Assembly: GCA_964016885.1 (NCBI GenBank)
Contig: OZ024741.1
Span: 293,508,001-293,572,000, forward strand
DNA: 64,000 bases
Direction of reading: 5' to 3'
From: Eledone cirrhosa
Taxonomy: Eukaryota
A program made the translations under genes and the position numbers. This document shows, piece after piece, positions 1-14,660 of the stretch. The notes under the pieces are model-generated. The model did no database searches. It was not told the DNA's origin and saw only the letters and a list, made by a program, of their open reading frames with translations. Positions within the stretch are counted from its first letter, which is position 1. Each line of letters opens with the position of its first letter.

Positions 1-224
1 TGTAAAGTGTCAAGTATATATAATAATAATAATAATTTAAGCAATGGGGTGTCCCTCCATTAATTGTCTGAGTTAATATATTTGTGTGTGTATACAGTTG
101 GGAAAATATATATTGAAGTTGTTGTTGTTGCTGATGATGATACACACACATAACCAACCACATATAAGTGTATATACCAGCAAAGTGTTTGTCACATTCT
201 TCAACTCTCCTATATAATACAACT

Positions 225-790
225 CTCATATATACATACAAACATGTACCCACTCTCTTTCACATTCATACATAAGCATTCAACTTGTCTGCATGTCTCT
301 CTCTCTCTACCTCTCTCTCACTCAAGCACACATACACTCTTTCTCTCTCTCTAACACATACACGCTGTGTGTGTCACTTCTTCACTCTCACATACACATG
401 CACTCTCATTAATATATACATACAAAGGTACATACACTCTTTTACTTTCATACTCACACACACAGATACGCAAACATTCAATCCACCACCCTCTCTCTCT
501 CTCAGTCACATACTCTCTTTCTGCCCCTCTCTCTCCCCCACACTTTCACTATCTTGCTCTCTGACACACACACCCTGTTTCTCTCACTTTCACACACACA
601 CTGTCTCTGTCTATCTCTTTCTCTCTCACACACTCTCTCACCCACACACACATACCCACATTCTCTCTCCCTCTCTCTCTCTCTCCCTCCCCCTCTCTCT
701 CCACACATTCTTCTGTCTCTCCCTCTTTCTCATACACAAGTGCATGTGTGCACACAAACGCATACACACTTTTTCTTTCTCTCATCATTT
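225..790. repeat. Degenerate (CT)n/(CA)n low-complexity tract
   Basis: Mixed CT/CA dinucleotides; the overlapping ORFs are SLSL/HTHT artefacts. Confidence 0.9.
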
Positions 791-982
791 ACCCAGCATG
801 CTTTTGTTTCCATTGACTTATTGAAGCAGAAATAGAAACAAAACCAAGAAAACAAAACAGAAAAACTATAACAGAACCAAAATCTAAATATTCAACAAAG
901 ACAGAAGATTGAGATTATTTAGTGAGAAATATTTACCCTTTTATGTTAGGTAGCCTGGTGTATACAATATATTGTACATTAT

Positions 983-3900
983 ATTGTATGTATATAGAAT
1001 AGATTGTATATATAGAACAATTTGTATATATAGAAAAAATTGTATATATAGAACAAATTGTATATATAGAATATATTGTATATATAGAACAATTTGTATA
1101 TATAGAACAAATTGTATATAGAGAACAAATTGTATATATAGAATAGATTGTATGTATAGAATAGATTGTATATATAGAACAAATTGTATATATATAGAAT
1201 AGATTGTATATATAGAACAAATTGTATATAGAGAACAAATTGTATATATAGAACAAATTGTATATATAGAATATATTGTATATATAGAACAATTTGTATA
1301 TATAGAACAAAATGTATATATAGAACAATTTGTATATATAAAACAAATTGTATATATAGAACAATTTGTATATATAGAACAAATAGTATATATAGAACAA
1401 TTTGTATATATAGAACAAATTGTATATAGAGAACAAATTGTATATATAGAATAGATTGTATATATAGAATAGATTGTATATATAGAACAAATTGTGTATA
1501 TATAGAATAGATTGTATATATAGAACAAATTGTATATAGAGAACAAATTGTATATATAGAATATATTGTATATATAGAACAAATTGTATATATATAGAAT
1601 AGATTGTATATAGAGAATAAATTGTATATAGAGAACAAATTGTATATATAGAACAAATTGTATATATAGAACAAATTGTATATAGAGAACAAATTGTATA
1701 TATAGAATAGATTGTATATATAGAATAGATTGTATATATAGAACAAATTGTATATATAGAACAAATTGTATATATATAGAATAGACTGTATATATAGAAC
1801 AAATTGTATATAGAGAACAAATTGTATATATATAATAGATTGTATATATAGAACAAATTGTATATAGAGAACAAATTGTATATAGAGAACAAATTGTATA
1901 TATAGAACAAATTGTATATATAGAACAAAATGTATATAGAGAACAAATTGTATATATAGAACAAATTGTATATATATAGAACAAATTGTATATATAGAAC
2001 AAATTGTATATTTAGAATAGATTGTATATATAGAACAAATTGTATATATAGAACAAATTGTATATATAGAACAAATTGTATATATAAAACAAATTGTATA
2101 TATAGAACAAATTGTATATATAGAACAAATTGTATATATAGAACAAATTGTATATATAGAATAGATTGCATATATAAAACAAATTGTATATATAGAACAA
2201 ATTGTATATATATAGAACAAATTGTATATATAGAACAAATTGTATATATATAGAACAAATTGTATATATAGAACAAATTGTATATATAGAACAAATTGTA
2301 TATATATAGAACAAATTGTATATATAGAACAAATTGTATATATAGAACAAATTGTATATATAGAACAAATTGTATATATAGAACAAATTGTATATATATA
2401 GAACAAATTGTATATATAGAACAAATTGTATATATATAGAACAAATTGTATATATATAGAACAAATTGTATATATAGAACAAATTGTATATATAGAACAA
2501 ATTGTATATATAGAACAAATTGTATATATAGAATAGATTGTATATATAGAACAAATTGTATATATAGAACAAATTGTATATATAGAATAGATTGTATATA
2601 TAGAATAGATTGTATATATAGAACAAATTGTATATATAGAACAAATTGTATATATAGAACAAATTGTATATATAGAACAAATTGTATATAGAGAACAAAT
2701 TGTATATATATAGAACAGATTGTATATATAGAACACATTGTATATATATAGAATAGATTATATATATAGAACAAATTGTATATATAGAACAAATTGTATA
2801 TATATAGAACAAATTGTATATATAGAACAAATTGTATATATAGAACAAATTGTATATATAGAACAAATTGTATATATAGAACAAATTGTATATATATAGA
2901 ACAAATTGTATATATAGAACAAATTGTATATATATAGAACAAATTGTATATATAGAACAAGTTGTATATATATAGAACAAATTGTATATATAGAACAAAT
3001 TGTATATATATAGAACAAATTGTATATATAGAACAAATTGTATATATAGAACAAATTGTATATATAGAACAAATTGTATATATAGAATAGATTGTATATA
3101 TAGAACAAATTGTATATATAGAACAAATTGTATATATAGAATAGATTGTATATATAGAACAAATTGTATATATAGAACAAATTGTATATATAGAACAAAT
3201 TGTATATATAGAACAAATTGTATATAGAGAACAAATTGTATATATATAGAACAGATTGTATATATAGAACACATTGTATATATATAGAATAGATTGTATA
3301 TATAGAACAAATTGTATATATAGAACAAATTGTATATATATAGAACAAATTGTATATATAGAATAGATTGTATATATAGAATAGATTGTATATATAGAAC
3401 AAATTGTATATATAGAATAGATTGTATATATAGAACAAATTGTATATATAGAACAAATTGTATATATAGAATAGATTGTATATATAGAACAAATTGTATA
3501 TATATAGAACAAATTGTATATATAGAACAAATTGTATATATAGAACAAATTGCATGTATAGAACAAATTGTATATATAGAACAAATTGTATATATATAGA
3601 ACAAATTGTATATATAGAACAAATTGTATATATATAAAAGAAATTGTATATATAGAACAAATTGTATATATATAGAACAAATTGTATATATAGAACAAAT
3701 TGTATATATATAGAACAAATTGTATATATAGAACAAATTGTATATATAGAACAAATTGTATATATAGAACAAATTGTATATAGAGAATAAATTGTATATA
3801 TATAGAACAGATTGTATATATAGAACAAATTGTATATATAGAACAAATTGTATATATAGAACAAATTGTATATATAGAACAAATTGTATATATAGAATAG

Positions 3901-5595
3901 ATTGTATATATAGAACAAATTGTATATATAGAATAGATTGTATATATAGAATAGATTGTATATATATAGAACAAATTGTATATATAGAACAAATTGTATA
4001 TATAGAACAAATTGTATATATAGAACAAATTGTATATATAGAATAGATTGTATATATAGAACAAATTGTATATATAGAACAAATTGTATATATAGAACAA
4101 ATTGTATATAGAGAACAAATTGTATATATATAGAACAGATTGTATATATAGAACACATTGTATATATATAGAATAGATTGTATATATAGAACAAATTGTA
4201 TATATAGAACAAATTGTATATATAGAACAAATTGTATATATAGAATAGATTGTATATATATAGAACAAATTGTATATATAGAATAGATTGTATATATAGA
4301 ATAGATTGTATATATAGAACAAATTGTATATGTAGAATAGATTGTATATATAGAACAAATTGTATATATAGAACAAATTGTATATATAGAATAGATTGTA
4401 TATATAGAACAAATTGTATATATATAGAACAAATTGTATATATAGAACAAATTGTATATATAGAATAGATTGCATATATAAAACAAATTGTATATATAGA
4501 ACAAATTGCATATATAGAACAAATTGTATATATAGAACAAATTGTATATATATATAGAACAAATTGTATATATAGAACAAATTGTATATATATAAAACAA
4601 ATTGTATATATAGAACAAATTGTATATATATAGAACAAATTGTATATATAGAACAAATTGTATATATATAGAACAAATTGTATATATAGAACAAATTGTA
4701 TATATAGAACAAATTGTATATATAGAACAAATTGTATATAGAGAATAAATTGTATATATATAGAACAGATTGTGTATATAGAACAAATTGTATATATAGA
4801 ACAAATTGTATATATAGAACAAATTGTATATATAGAACAAATTGTATATATAGAATAGATTGTATATATAGAACAAATTGTATATATAGAATAGATTGTA
4901 TATATAGAAAAGATTGTATATATAGATCAAATTGTATATATAGAATAGATTGTATATATAGAACAAATTGTATATATAGAACAAATTGTATATATAGAAT
5001 AGATTGTATATATAGAACAAATTGTATATATATAGAACAAATTGTATATATAGAACAAATTGTATATATAGAACAAATTGTATATATAGAACAAATTGTA
5101 TATATAGAACAAATTGTATATATAGAACATATTGTATATATATAAAACAAATTGTATATATAGAACAAATTGTATATATATAGAACAAATTGTATATATA
5201 GAACAAATTGTATATATATAGAACAAATTGTATATATAGAACAAGTTGTATATATAGAACAAATTGTATATATAGAATAGATTGTATATATAGAACAAAT
5301 TGTATATATAGAACAAATTGTATATATAGAACAAATTGTATATATAGAACAAATTGTATATATAGAATAGATTGTATATATAGAACAAATTGTATATATA
5401 GAATAGATTGTATATATAGAATAGATTGTATATATAGAATAGATTGTATATATAGAACAAATTGTATATATAGAATAGATTGTATATAGAGAACAAATTG
5501 TATATATAGAACAAATTGTATATATATAAAACAAATTGTATATATAGAACAAATTGTATATATAGAATAGATTGTATGTATATATAGAATAGATC
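983..5595. repeat. ~4.6 kb minisatellite, 18-bp unit GAACAAATTGTATATATA
   Basis: Continuous tandem array with GAATAGATTG variants and 20-bp (+TA) units. Confidence 0.98.
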
Positions 5596-5690
5596 ATATA
5601 TATATATGTAAAAAGTAAACAGAAATAACAAAGCAAATGTCACAGTACATTGAAGAAATATATTAGATTAATGCTTGAAATAATAGGGAA

Positions 5691-5735
5691 AGATTCTTAA
5701 TATTTCGGACACTTGTCCTTCATTAGAAATGAAAG
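5691..5735 (-). ncRNA. Degenerate hammerhead-like motif
   Basis: Minus strand reads CTAATGA-A-GGAC-aagt-GTCC-GAAA-TATTA-AGAAT: perfect stem II, one core substitution, weak stem I. Confidence 0.45.
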
Positions 5736-6084
5736 ATAAAATAGAAAGATAAAGAGTGAGAAGAGGAAGGTACAGTAAAAAAAATGAGAAAAATACATGT
5801 GCGAATTCAGTCAGCTGTATTGCGCCTATATATTGTAAGTGTAGTGTGCATATAGTTGCTGTTTTGGGGTTGATTTGTGAAGGAAGAGAAATATATTTTG
5901 GATGTAGTCAGAACCTTGAAACATTTTTTTACTGTCTTTTCTGTGCGGAAATTATTTAGCGTATAAAGATCTGTGACATATATTGGACAGTACTTAGATA
6001 GAGTTTATTAATGTTGCGATGTATTTTGTATTTGTTTCCATGCATCCAGCTGTGATCAAGGATACCTCTACAGAGTTGCTTCCT

Positions 6085-6187
6085 TGACCTCATCTTGGTT
6101 GTTATAGTAACAATGTTTCAGCTGTTGAAGAAGGTGAGACATTACAGTAGCTGAAACATTTTGACTATAACAACCAACATGAAGTCA
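6085..6187. repeat. Fold-back inverted repeat (~39-bp arms) centred on a hammerhead remnant
   Basis: tgacctcatcttggttgttatagtaacaatgtttcagct pairs with agctgaaacattttgactataacaaccaacatgaagtca; the spacer holds TGAAGAAG...CTGAAAC. Confidence 0.75.
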
Positions 6188-6493
6188 CTAGACAGAATAA
6201 ATCAGTTTATTCATCTCAGAAATATTATGAACTATTACAGTATTTTATCTGTTGTTCATTCACAAAGCAGAATGAAGCAATGTGATTATTACAATCACAC
6301 ACAAGGAAAACTAATATAAAAACAATGATAATAAAGATGAGGGTGCTAACCTAATTAGGTAAGTTTTCAATAATAACTCCACATCTGAGAAACATAACTG
6401 ATTTAATTGAACTGTTGCATTCTCTGGCCCTTTTCAGATCCCTACTGTATTCAATAGTGTTTTCAGAATTTTGAACCAAACCTTTTAATCAAA

Positions 6494-6680
6494 TAATTGT
6501 TTCTACTTTTGGCACAAGGCCAGCAATTACTCAGTGCATTACTGGTACTTTATTTTATCGACCCCGTAAGGATGAAAGGCAAAGTTAACCTCAGCGGGAT
6601 TTGAACTCAGACCATAAAGGGCCGTAAGTCTTTGCTGCAAAGCATGGCGTCCGACCTTCTACCGGTACTGCCAATCCATC
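6494..6680 (-). mobile_element. tRNA-derived SINE with Meta-like domain
   Basis: Minus strand: TGGCAGTACCGG A-box, GAGTTCAAATCC B-box, GCCTTTCATCCTTACGGGGTCGATAAAATAAAGTACCAG central domain; more than 10 copies in the window. Confidence 0.85.
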
Positions 6681-6708
6681 ATTCCAGTCAGCAGTAGCTA
6701 GTATCATG

Positions 6709-6754
6709 GACATCTGAAGACAGCCAAAATATACAGCACCTAAAACATTATGTC
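6709..6754 (+). ncRNA. Degenerate minimal hammerhead-like motif
   Basis: GACAT-CTGAAGA-...-TAAAACATT-ATGTC: 5-bp stem I intact; GAAACGTT inferred to have decayed at CpG. Confidence 0.35.
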
Positions 6755-8331
6755 AAGTAATTCTTCTTGTCGTATGACATATGCACAATAGTTAGAGAGG
6801 CAGGTCGAAACTGGTGAGCCAGACCAAGGCATCATTAGCAGCATTATGGATTGCCCCCAGGCCACCTGGAAAACATCTGAGAGGGGAATACCAAACAACA
6901 TGCAGTACTGCCTGGTCAAGGTCCTCACAGTCACATGCTGGGCTGTCTTTCATTTTCCATTGATGGAGATGATGGGCTGTCTTGGCATGAGTTGCTTTCT
7001 GTAATAGGTTTCAGGAATTACATGTATGCTAAAATCAAAAGGAAGTAAGAGGCAACATGTTTTAAGCCCTCTCCTCCATGTGGAAATTGAAAAGATGGGG
7101 AATGCCATCCCTCTATGTAAAACCTCTTTTACTCTCACCGTCATTGATTCTGGCTATAACAATGAGAATTAGGACATAGTTATAAACAAGTCAGTGTCTA
7201 ATAATAAGCATAATGCCTCATCTTAGAAATTCAGAAAATATATGCTAGAAATAGCTGCCAAATCTACCACAAACCACACATCCTCTCATTATTAAAAAGG
7301 AAGGATTCATTGGATAATATGGTTCTAGATGTACTCTATATCAGGGTTACAAGATGGAATGGTCATGGCTGGAACTTATATGATCATAGTCTGCTGGATT
7401 AGACTTGATCTAGGAGCTAAACAGCAAACTAACAAAATGAAAGAACAAATTGTATAATGTATTCCAATATACATCATGACTAATAGAAAAAAGATAAATG
7501 GGTTAGTCAAGGCTGAAATGCTTCTGGTTATTATAGTTCTGCTGTATCAGGGCTTTTCTTTTTATTCCCATCTCTTAACATTAAGCTAACCTGTATAAGT
7601 TGATCTATTATCTAATATTTCCTTCTGCAAATGTTTCCAAGATAGTATTATTGATTGAATTTTTGAATTTCTTTTGATTTACAACAAATACATTCATGCA
7701 CACTCTCACATTAAAAAAAATAAACAATAAAATCAATCATGAGGAACACAGTATGATGAATACTATTAGGTTAACACTTAAATGAAAAAGGAAATAAATG
7801 AGTGACTTCAATGTGTGTATGTGAATGTGTAAATATATTTTTGAAAATTCAGAAAATTTGGCTAAAAATTATGATGAATCGTATAAAAAAACACACACAA
7901 AAAAAATGGGTATAATAGGGGTTGGTGGCTTTAAGAAAACAAACATTATAGAAGTCCTTGTGAATTTATTTATTTAATTATTTATTCATTCATGTAAAAA
8001 TCTGCTGCTTATATCAAATTTCATGATGATTAAAATAAATAATTCCCTTTTTACAATCTAATCTTGTTGAAGAATTAAAGCGAGTCAAAAGATAGCAATT
8101 AAATTTATTATTTCAATAATTGTTGGTTAATTGTCATTAATCTGTTTTTGAAAAGATTCTTTTATGGGTTTGATAGTGTCTAACTAGATTTACAACATGC
8201 AGTTGAAGAATATTGAAAATTCTATTATTCAACTTATGGGTAATTTTTAACTAGATTTTCTTAGACACATTTACAAGTAGTTGACTTTTGGAATGAAAAT
8301 GCTTTTGGGTATATGCATTATGATTATCATC

Positions 8332-8363
<32 letters not shown>

Positions 8364-8519
8364 ATATCTTTTTAATCTTTGATGTTAACATTTTATAAGA
8401 AAATTATAATCATCATCATTCTCCTATCTTTGATACATTACTAATGTGTTTTACTGTTCTGGAGATGTTCTCTAACTGAAATTGATTTGCTATCTTTCAG
8501 CTGATAGCTCTGATGAATT

Positions 8520-8564
8520 ATCTGATAACATCATCATCATCACCATTATCACCACCACCATCAT

Positions 8565-8613
<49 letters not shown>

Positions 8614-8765
8614 AAAAAGCCCCGCTATTACTACTACCAATATAAAAAAATACCACCACCACCACCACTACTAGTTGTAGCAGTAGTAGTACAATAGATG
8701 CAAACAGAACTTCCACCATCACTACTACTACGACTATCAAAAGCAACACCACCACCATCACTTCC
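8520..8765. repeat. (CAT)n/(TAC)n/(CAC)n trinucleotide tract
   Basis: Direct inspection. Confidence 0.9.
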
Positions 8766-9584
8766 TGATATACTGAGATACCGAGTAATATCCACACAAA
8801 TTCAGATATTCTAAATTTAAAGCATTTTCTACACTGATATCATGTCATAAATGATACTCAAACCATATTAAGACTGATAGTTAAATAGCAATGTGTGTAT
8901 GTATATATGTGTGTGCTGGTAATATGCATTGTGCATGTATGTGTGTGTGTGTTGGTAATATTATGCATTGTATGTGGATGGTGATTCTAATACTGGTGTA
9001 AGTGTATGTAGAAATATGTTAATATATACACTCACATCCTAATAATTGAATGCATATATTCCCCCAACTACCACTTGTATGTATGTGTGACTCTGGCTGA
9101 GTGTGTGGCTGTGTGTATGTGTGTGGCTCTGTGTGTATATTGAAGATATTAAAAACAAGCTGAAACCACAAGGCTTGCAGTCAGGATTCTCCTTCATCAA
9201 TGTACCCAATCTACATTTCATTATACATTGAGTACTACCCTGGTTAGTAGTCTTCCCTGACTTCACACTGCAGGCATTCCACATATACACAAAAAATAAG
9301 AGTTGTGAAGTTTCATTCAAATGTATATTAGACATATATAAAATTACAATTCATCTCCTTCAAAATACAATCTGTGGGCAGTCACACAGTGGTTCCAAGA
9401 TTTTTTTTCTCTTTGTGTGTGTGTGCGTGTGTGCGCGCGCGCGTGTGTGTGTGTGTGTGTGTAAGCGATAAGTGCAAATAAGAAGGAAAAATAGAGTTCT
9501 CAAAATATAAGTAGGATGAAATAACAGATGTTATGGAAAGACGAACATTTAATATTAGTCACATGGAAGATTAGACTTAATAAT

Positions 9585-9690
9585 AATGAAAATATTGTGT
9601 ACACTGCTCAGGTGCACTACAACTCATCAAAAGTGTATGTATAGTACATAGGGTAATGTACAAACGTCAGAAAAATGAACAATAATGGTG
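9585..9690 (-). mobile_element. CR1 LINE 3'-end remnant
   Basis: Homologous to 35605-35710 and 40062-40170 (tgctcaggtgcactacaactcatcaaa). Confidence 0.65.
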
Positions 9691-10372
9691 ATGGCCTATG
9701 GTGGAGGAGTACTGTTAATCATGGTGATGATGAATTTATAAAATTTCACATTTTTGATCATCAGTTACGAACTGAAGTAAATGGAATGTTAGGAAAATAT
9801 TAAGATATTTAAAGGTAACCAGGGCTATCAATGAAAAGAAATATGCAACATAGATTGGCTGTTGTTTTCAAACAAAAGATCTTGGATAAATTCTATGTAA
9901 CTGCCACTAGTATTACAATAGAGAGTGAATTTGTTTTAAAGTTTTATATTTAAGTAAAAAAAATCTTCCATCATAATTGTATATAAGAATTTTTAAAATT
10001 AATTTACAAAGTTTCTCTAAATTCTTGATTATTTTCAAAAGTAATTAAATGCCATGGTAACAAACAGGTTAATCTAAATATAAACACATGAACAAATTAT
10101 ATGAATTGGAGCATGAACAGAGAGGGGAGGGGAGAAGAAAGGAAAATTAGAAAGATGAAACTGAGAGTAATAATAAGAGTGAGAAAAAGAGGAAGTAAAA
10201 GGCAAAGAAAAGTTAAGTTAAGAGGGAAAATGATAGTAATAGAAACCAAAAGAGAAGAGAAAAGAAGAATGACAAGGATAAAAAGGATTGTAAAAGTAGC
10301 ACCATTACACTGAATATGAAAAAAAAATGAAAAATTGGTATCAAGAATGAAGACATGCAGATCATATGGTTT

Positions 10373-10491
10373 ATTTAAACTGAATTCCATTTTTGTAAAT
10401 GGAGTTTTATGCCACAGTGATGATCACCTGATGATTGGTGTGGTATGAAACTCAAATCATCAGAAATAAATTCAGTTTAAATTGTAGTGAT
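10373..10491 (+). ncRNA. Hammerhead-like motif (10423-10491) inside a fold-back (10373-10482)
   Basis: ATCAC-CTGATGA-ttggtgtggtat-GAAAC...GTA-GTGAT with 5-bp stem I; the left flank atttaaactgaatt...gagttttatgccaca is an inverted copy of its 3' half. Confidence 0.55.
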
Positions 10492-10684
10492 ATATTTTTG
10501 TATCTTTGCTTGGGTGAACAATAATTGGTGTTATTACCATCATATATCATATTGTATCATAACCATTTCTATCTTCTATGGATATTATGTAAATGATCAT
10601 GTAAACTAGGCTTTGCACTCAGCTGCCTCACTCAATCTCTATTTCTTTTTATGTTTCTTCCCTTATTCCAACCATGTTTCCTGC

Positions 10685-10820
<136 letters not shown>

Positions 10821-10829
10821 AATTCACCT

Positions 10830-10988
10830 GCAGGGAAGTGTATCCAGCTGTAGAAACCAAGTCAGAAACAGTTCTGTATGAGCAAGACATGGTCACCTGA
10901 CCCAACTTGCCTCAAATGGGATAACCCATCTAACCCATGCTGGCATGAAAAATAGATTTAAACTATGATGATGGTGATGATGATGATA
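10830..10988 (+). mobile_element. RTE-type 3' tail (SINE/LINE end) with (GAT)n
   Basis: catccagctgtagaaacc...ccatgctggcatg...(gat)n, same tail as 62540-62700. Confidence 0.75.
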
Positions 10989-11074
10989 TATTGTGGTAGT
11001 TGCTCTAGGTTAAGAGTCAGTTGACAAGTTGTATGCAGTTTATAACAGGTACAGCATATCTCTGCATGTCATAA

Positions 11075-11322
11075 AAGGCCTTAACTTATATGAAATTTGA
11101 GGCCCCTTTCTCAAATGATTCAAGGAAAAAAAAATTAAAATAATTATAGTTGATTATTTTTTATATTAATGTTAATGATAATGTCTGTGTGTATATTTTT
11201 TGATGATTTGATAAAGAATAAAAACTAATAGAATAAAAATATATACTTTTTTTAACATAAGGCCCCTGAGGGCATGAGGTTCTAGGCTATAGCTTATTTA
11301 GCTTATTGGTAAGTCCGGCACT
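11075..11322 (-). mobile_element. Probable hAT-type non-autonomous element fragment
   Basis: Terminus AGTGCCGGACTTACCAATAAGC on the minus strand and internal GGCCCC subterminal motifs. Confidence 0.4.
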
Positions 11323-11622
11323 ACACCCAGGAATATCAGTATTCCATCTTTGTGACATCAGTGACTAATCAACTTATTTTTTCCAGCTGAGTGGACTGAA
11401 GCAGCGAGAAATATAGTAGTGCCTTGCCCACTCTGTGCCACCCAGTCCATAATTGAACACTCGACCTTAACCATAATCCTACTTTAATTAACTTTCACAC
11501 ACACATACATATAGTAGTAGTGGTTTGATAAAGATATCCAAGGTCTAGATTCATTCAATGAAACACATGTTCCTGCATTTCTCATTGGTATGTCTTCCTT
11601 GGAGTATCAAATTTAATAATAA

Positions 11623-11690
<68 letters not shown>

Positions 11691-11899
11691 TTATATATAT
11701 ATATGCACATAAATATGTTTGAGTATATGTCAGCACACACACACACACAAAGTTATACAGACATATCACAGCCCAGCATGACATCAATAGCATCCATTGC
11801 TCTGCTGCCTGTTGGTAATGTGTTTAGTGAACTGTGGTGGCAGGTTCTTTAGATTGGTGGTAGTTATGGAGGTGGGAGTATCTTTCAGAGCTAATAGTC

Positions 11900-11993
11900 T
11901 GGAACATCCTGATGAGCAGAGATGATGGAGTGACTACACTTTCTATCCTTGCTTAAACAAACCCACTTCCTTACTACTAGTTTGCCTTGTTAG
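11900..11993 (+). ncRNA. Degenerate hammerhead-like motif
   Basis: CTGATGAG-CA...TG-CTTAAAC-AAAC...GTTTG-CC-TTGTT; GAAA box and cleavage triplet mutated. Confidence 0.3.
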
Positions 11994-12043
11994 AACACAC
12001 CCATGCACACAGATATACATACACACATGTATTTATAAACTCG

Positions 12044-12075
<32 letters not shown>

Positions 12076-12107
12076 CATATACATACATACACATGCATTT
12101 ATAAACT

Positions 12108-12172
<65 letters not shown>

Positions 12173-13039
12173 TGTCCTGGGGCAACTTTTGTAAAGCAAG
12201 CTACAGCTTAATAACTTCATCTCCGATTACCCAATATGTGATGACAAGGATGTCATTTCTGTAGGACATGGGAAGAGAATAGTGGACCTAAATAGAAGAG
12301 AAAGAAAGCCTTAAGACAATACCAGGAGGAGAGGAGGAGGATGAAAGGATGAAACATTGTTTTCCTCCTTCATCTCCTTTCAACCATTTCATAATAAAAA
12401 AAAGACAAAACAAAAGATTAATATGTTTAAGAAAATATCTTATTTATCAATTATGCTTTGGTTTGGTTCAGTTATTTACATGGTGTTTTCATTTCGTAGT
12501 GGTGGGGCAGGTGATAGTGGTGTATGTATGCTTCCTGTAGATAAAGTCATGTGGTCTTGTGAAAAGGGTATAGAACTCACAATCAAAAAGTCATGGTTTC
12601 AATTCCTGGTCCCGATAGTGCATTGTGTTTTTAAGGACATATTTCATGTTGCTTCTCATGATAAAAGAAAAGCCTCTATTATTGAAACACCTGAAAAACG
12701 TTTGAGATACAACACTGTAGGGGACCAGGTTAGCCTGCTTATGGCTGTTGTGGTCAGGACTGGATTTAATAGGGGACAATTGCCTCAGGTCCCCTGCTGT
12801 GATTGGCCCCACCATAGCAATTTATTTGATTGAACATGAGAACTATATTTTTAACAAAATGTATTTAATGTCCTTACTGTGGCTAAATTCATCAAATGTC
12901 AGGTCTCGGACTGTGACAACCCATCGAACACATGCCAGTGTGGAAAGTGGATGTAAAATAAGGATGGTTAGATTTTTTTAAAATTTTAATACCTGTATGT
13001 ATAACTTTAAAATTCCAATTACTTGCTCTAAGTTGACTT

Positions 13040-13460
13040 TCTTCTTCTTCACCCACTTATACCTGAGTATAAGTGGGTGAAGAAGAAGAGTCCTCAAACC
13101 TCCTTCCAGTGGGTCTTGTCAAAAGCAACCATCTCTAACTGATCTGGCTGGATCCTCAAACGAAACCAGTCAAGCTCATGGATGTTATCCAACCATCATG
13201 CTTTGGGTCTACCCCTAGGTCTCCTGCTGGCTGCTGGTTGGTTTTGCCTGTAAAATCTGTTCAGCAATTCTTTCCTGAAACATTCTAACCACATGTATTG
13301 GAGCTGTGATCTCTCAATTTTGAGAAGTGGCAGCTCTAACTGGTGTAACTCTCTGATCTCTGAGCTACTCAAGGAACCCCATTTTGGCTGCTTGTATTTG
13401 CGATCATATTCTTTCATTCATTGCCCATAGGTAAGGGTTGGCACAAATACTGAATTGAAG
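13040..13460 (-). mobile_element. RTE LINE 3' fragment with (GAA)n tail
   Basis: Translation ...LPLLKIERSQLQY...RRPRGRPK; homologous to 20270-20702. Confidence 0.8.
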
Positions 13461-13682
13461 ATGGTGTGTTTGGCTTTTACACCTACCTCCCCTCTGATTA
13501 CCAAATGCTGAAGCTGGCACACTACTGCACCAGCTTCTGCAATTGGGGGTTTGCTGTGAATTCTAGTTTTTTTTTTTTAATGAGGGCCACTTCTCCCTTA
13601 AACCTGGAGTGTACCGGCACTTTAATGTCTACATCCAGCCCTGGTTGTAGTAGCAGTAGTAGCTGTTCCATAGTTGAGCTTC

Positions 13683-13938
13683 TTTTACCCTCTCAATATA
13701 GACCTTTCTGAAACTATCTTTGGTTCTAAGATACAAAACTTCTAGTTGTAAAGTGATTATATTGAATACCTTCCATTATAATTTTAAAGAAGAATCTGTC
13801 TTTCAGTTAGGTTCTAAAGACAATTGATAATGAAAAGGTTTATCTTAGACAATTCATCCAAATTCTTGTATATTTTCAAAATGAATTGAAGTACATTGGT
13901 AATATATTTCATGAGAAATATTGTCTCAAAGGGGTTAA
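13683..13938. mobile_element. piggyBac-like MITE
   Basis: Ends tttaccct... and ...aaggggttaa, resembling TTAA-CCC termini. Confidence 0.45.
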
Positions 13939-14399
13939 CACATAACATAAGAACCACATATATATCATAACAAATGGAATAATACTAGAGATAATTTATC
14001 TAAAAAATTCAGACAAAATTAGATACTACTTAACAATGAGTTTCAGTGTAAAAATGAAGCCAAAGGTAATTTGCTTGGATTTCGAAAGCTTGGTCCATGG
14101 TTCCATTCGTCATTATTCCAAGAATGTCCTGGTATTTATTACATAAGTGTCATCATCATCACCATCAGTTTCAGACCTATTTTATCATGCCAGCAGCCAT
14201 TGAACATGTCTCTTTGAGGAAAGATTTTATGCTGAATGCCCTTTCCAACACCAATTCTCTCTTTTGTGTTTAGTTTTGCGTTTTATAAGTAAAGTATTGC
14301 ATGTCTAAAAGGGTGAGTAGCATGACATGTTTATGTAGAACACTAACAACTATCAGCTAGTCTAAGTTTAAAGTCTGTCTCGGGTCTAGAGACTCATCA

Positions 14400-14660
14400 G
14401 GCTGGTACTTATACTGGTTTCTGTAGCTTTAAGCGATTGAGTGTACAAGCCCCCCCCCCCCCCCCCCTGGACAAGACACCAGTCCATTGCAAGCTTAAAT
14501 CCCAGCTATTGCTGCTGGTCCTCCTTTTTAGCTGAGTATACTGGAGCAACATGAAATGAAGTGTTTTTCTCAAGAACATAACACTCAACCCAATCCAGTA
14601 ATCAAACACACATTATAATTGTAGGTCCAACACACTTGCCACTAGGCCATGTGCCTCCAC
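14400..14660 (-). mobile_element. tRNA-derived CORE-type SINE
   Basis: Minus strand head GTGGAGGCACATGGCCTAGTGG; CORE-like ttgagaaaaacacttcatttcatgttgctccagtatactcagct. Confidence 0.8.

Noticed and set aside
983-5595. CRISPR-like array
   Set aside because: No unique spacers, eukaryotic context, no cas genes.
933-5643. 1567-aa and overlapping YIYNLF/IQFVL ORFs
   Set aside because: Translations of an 18-bp tandem repeat that lacks stops on that strand.
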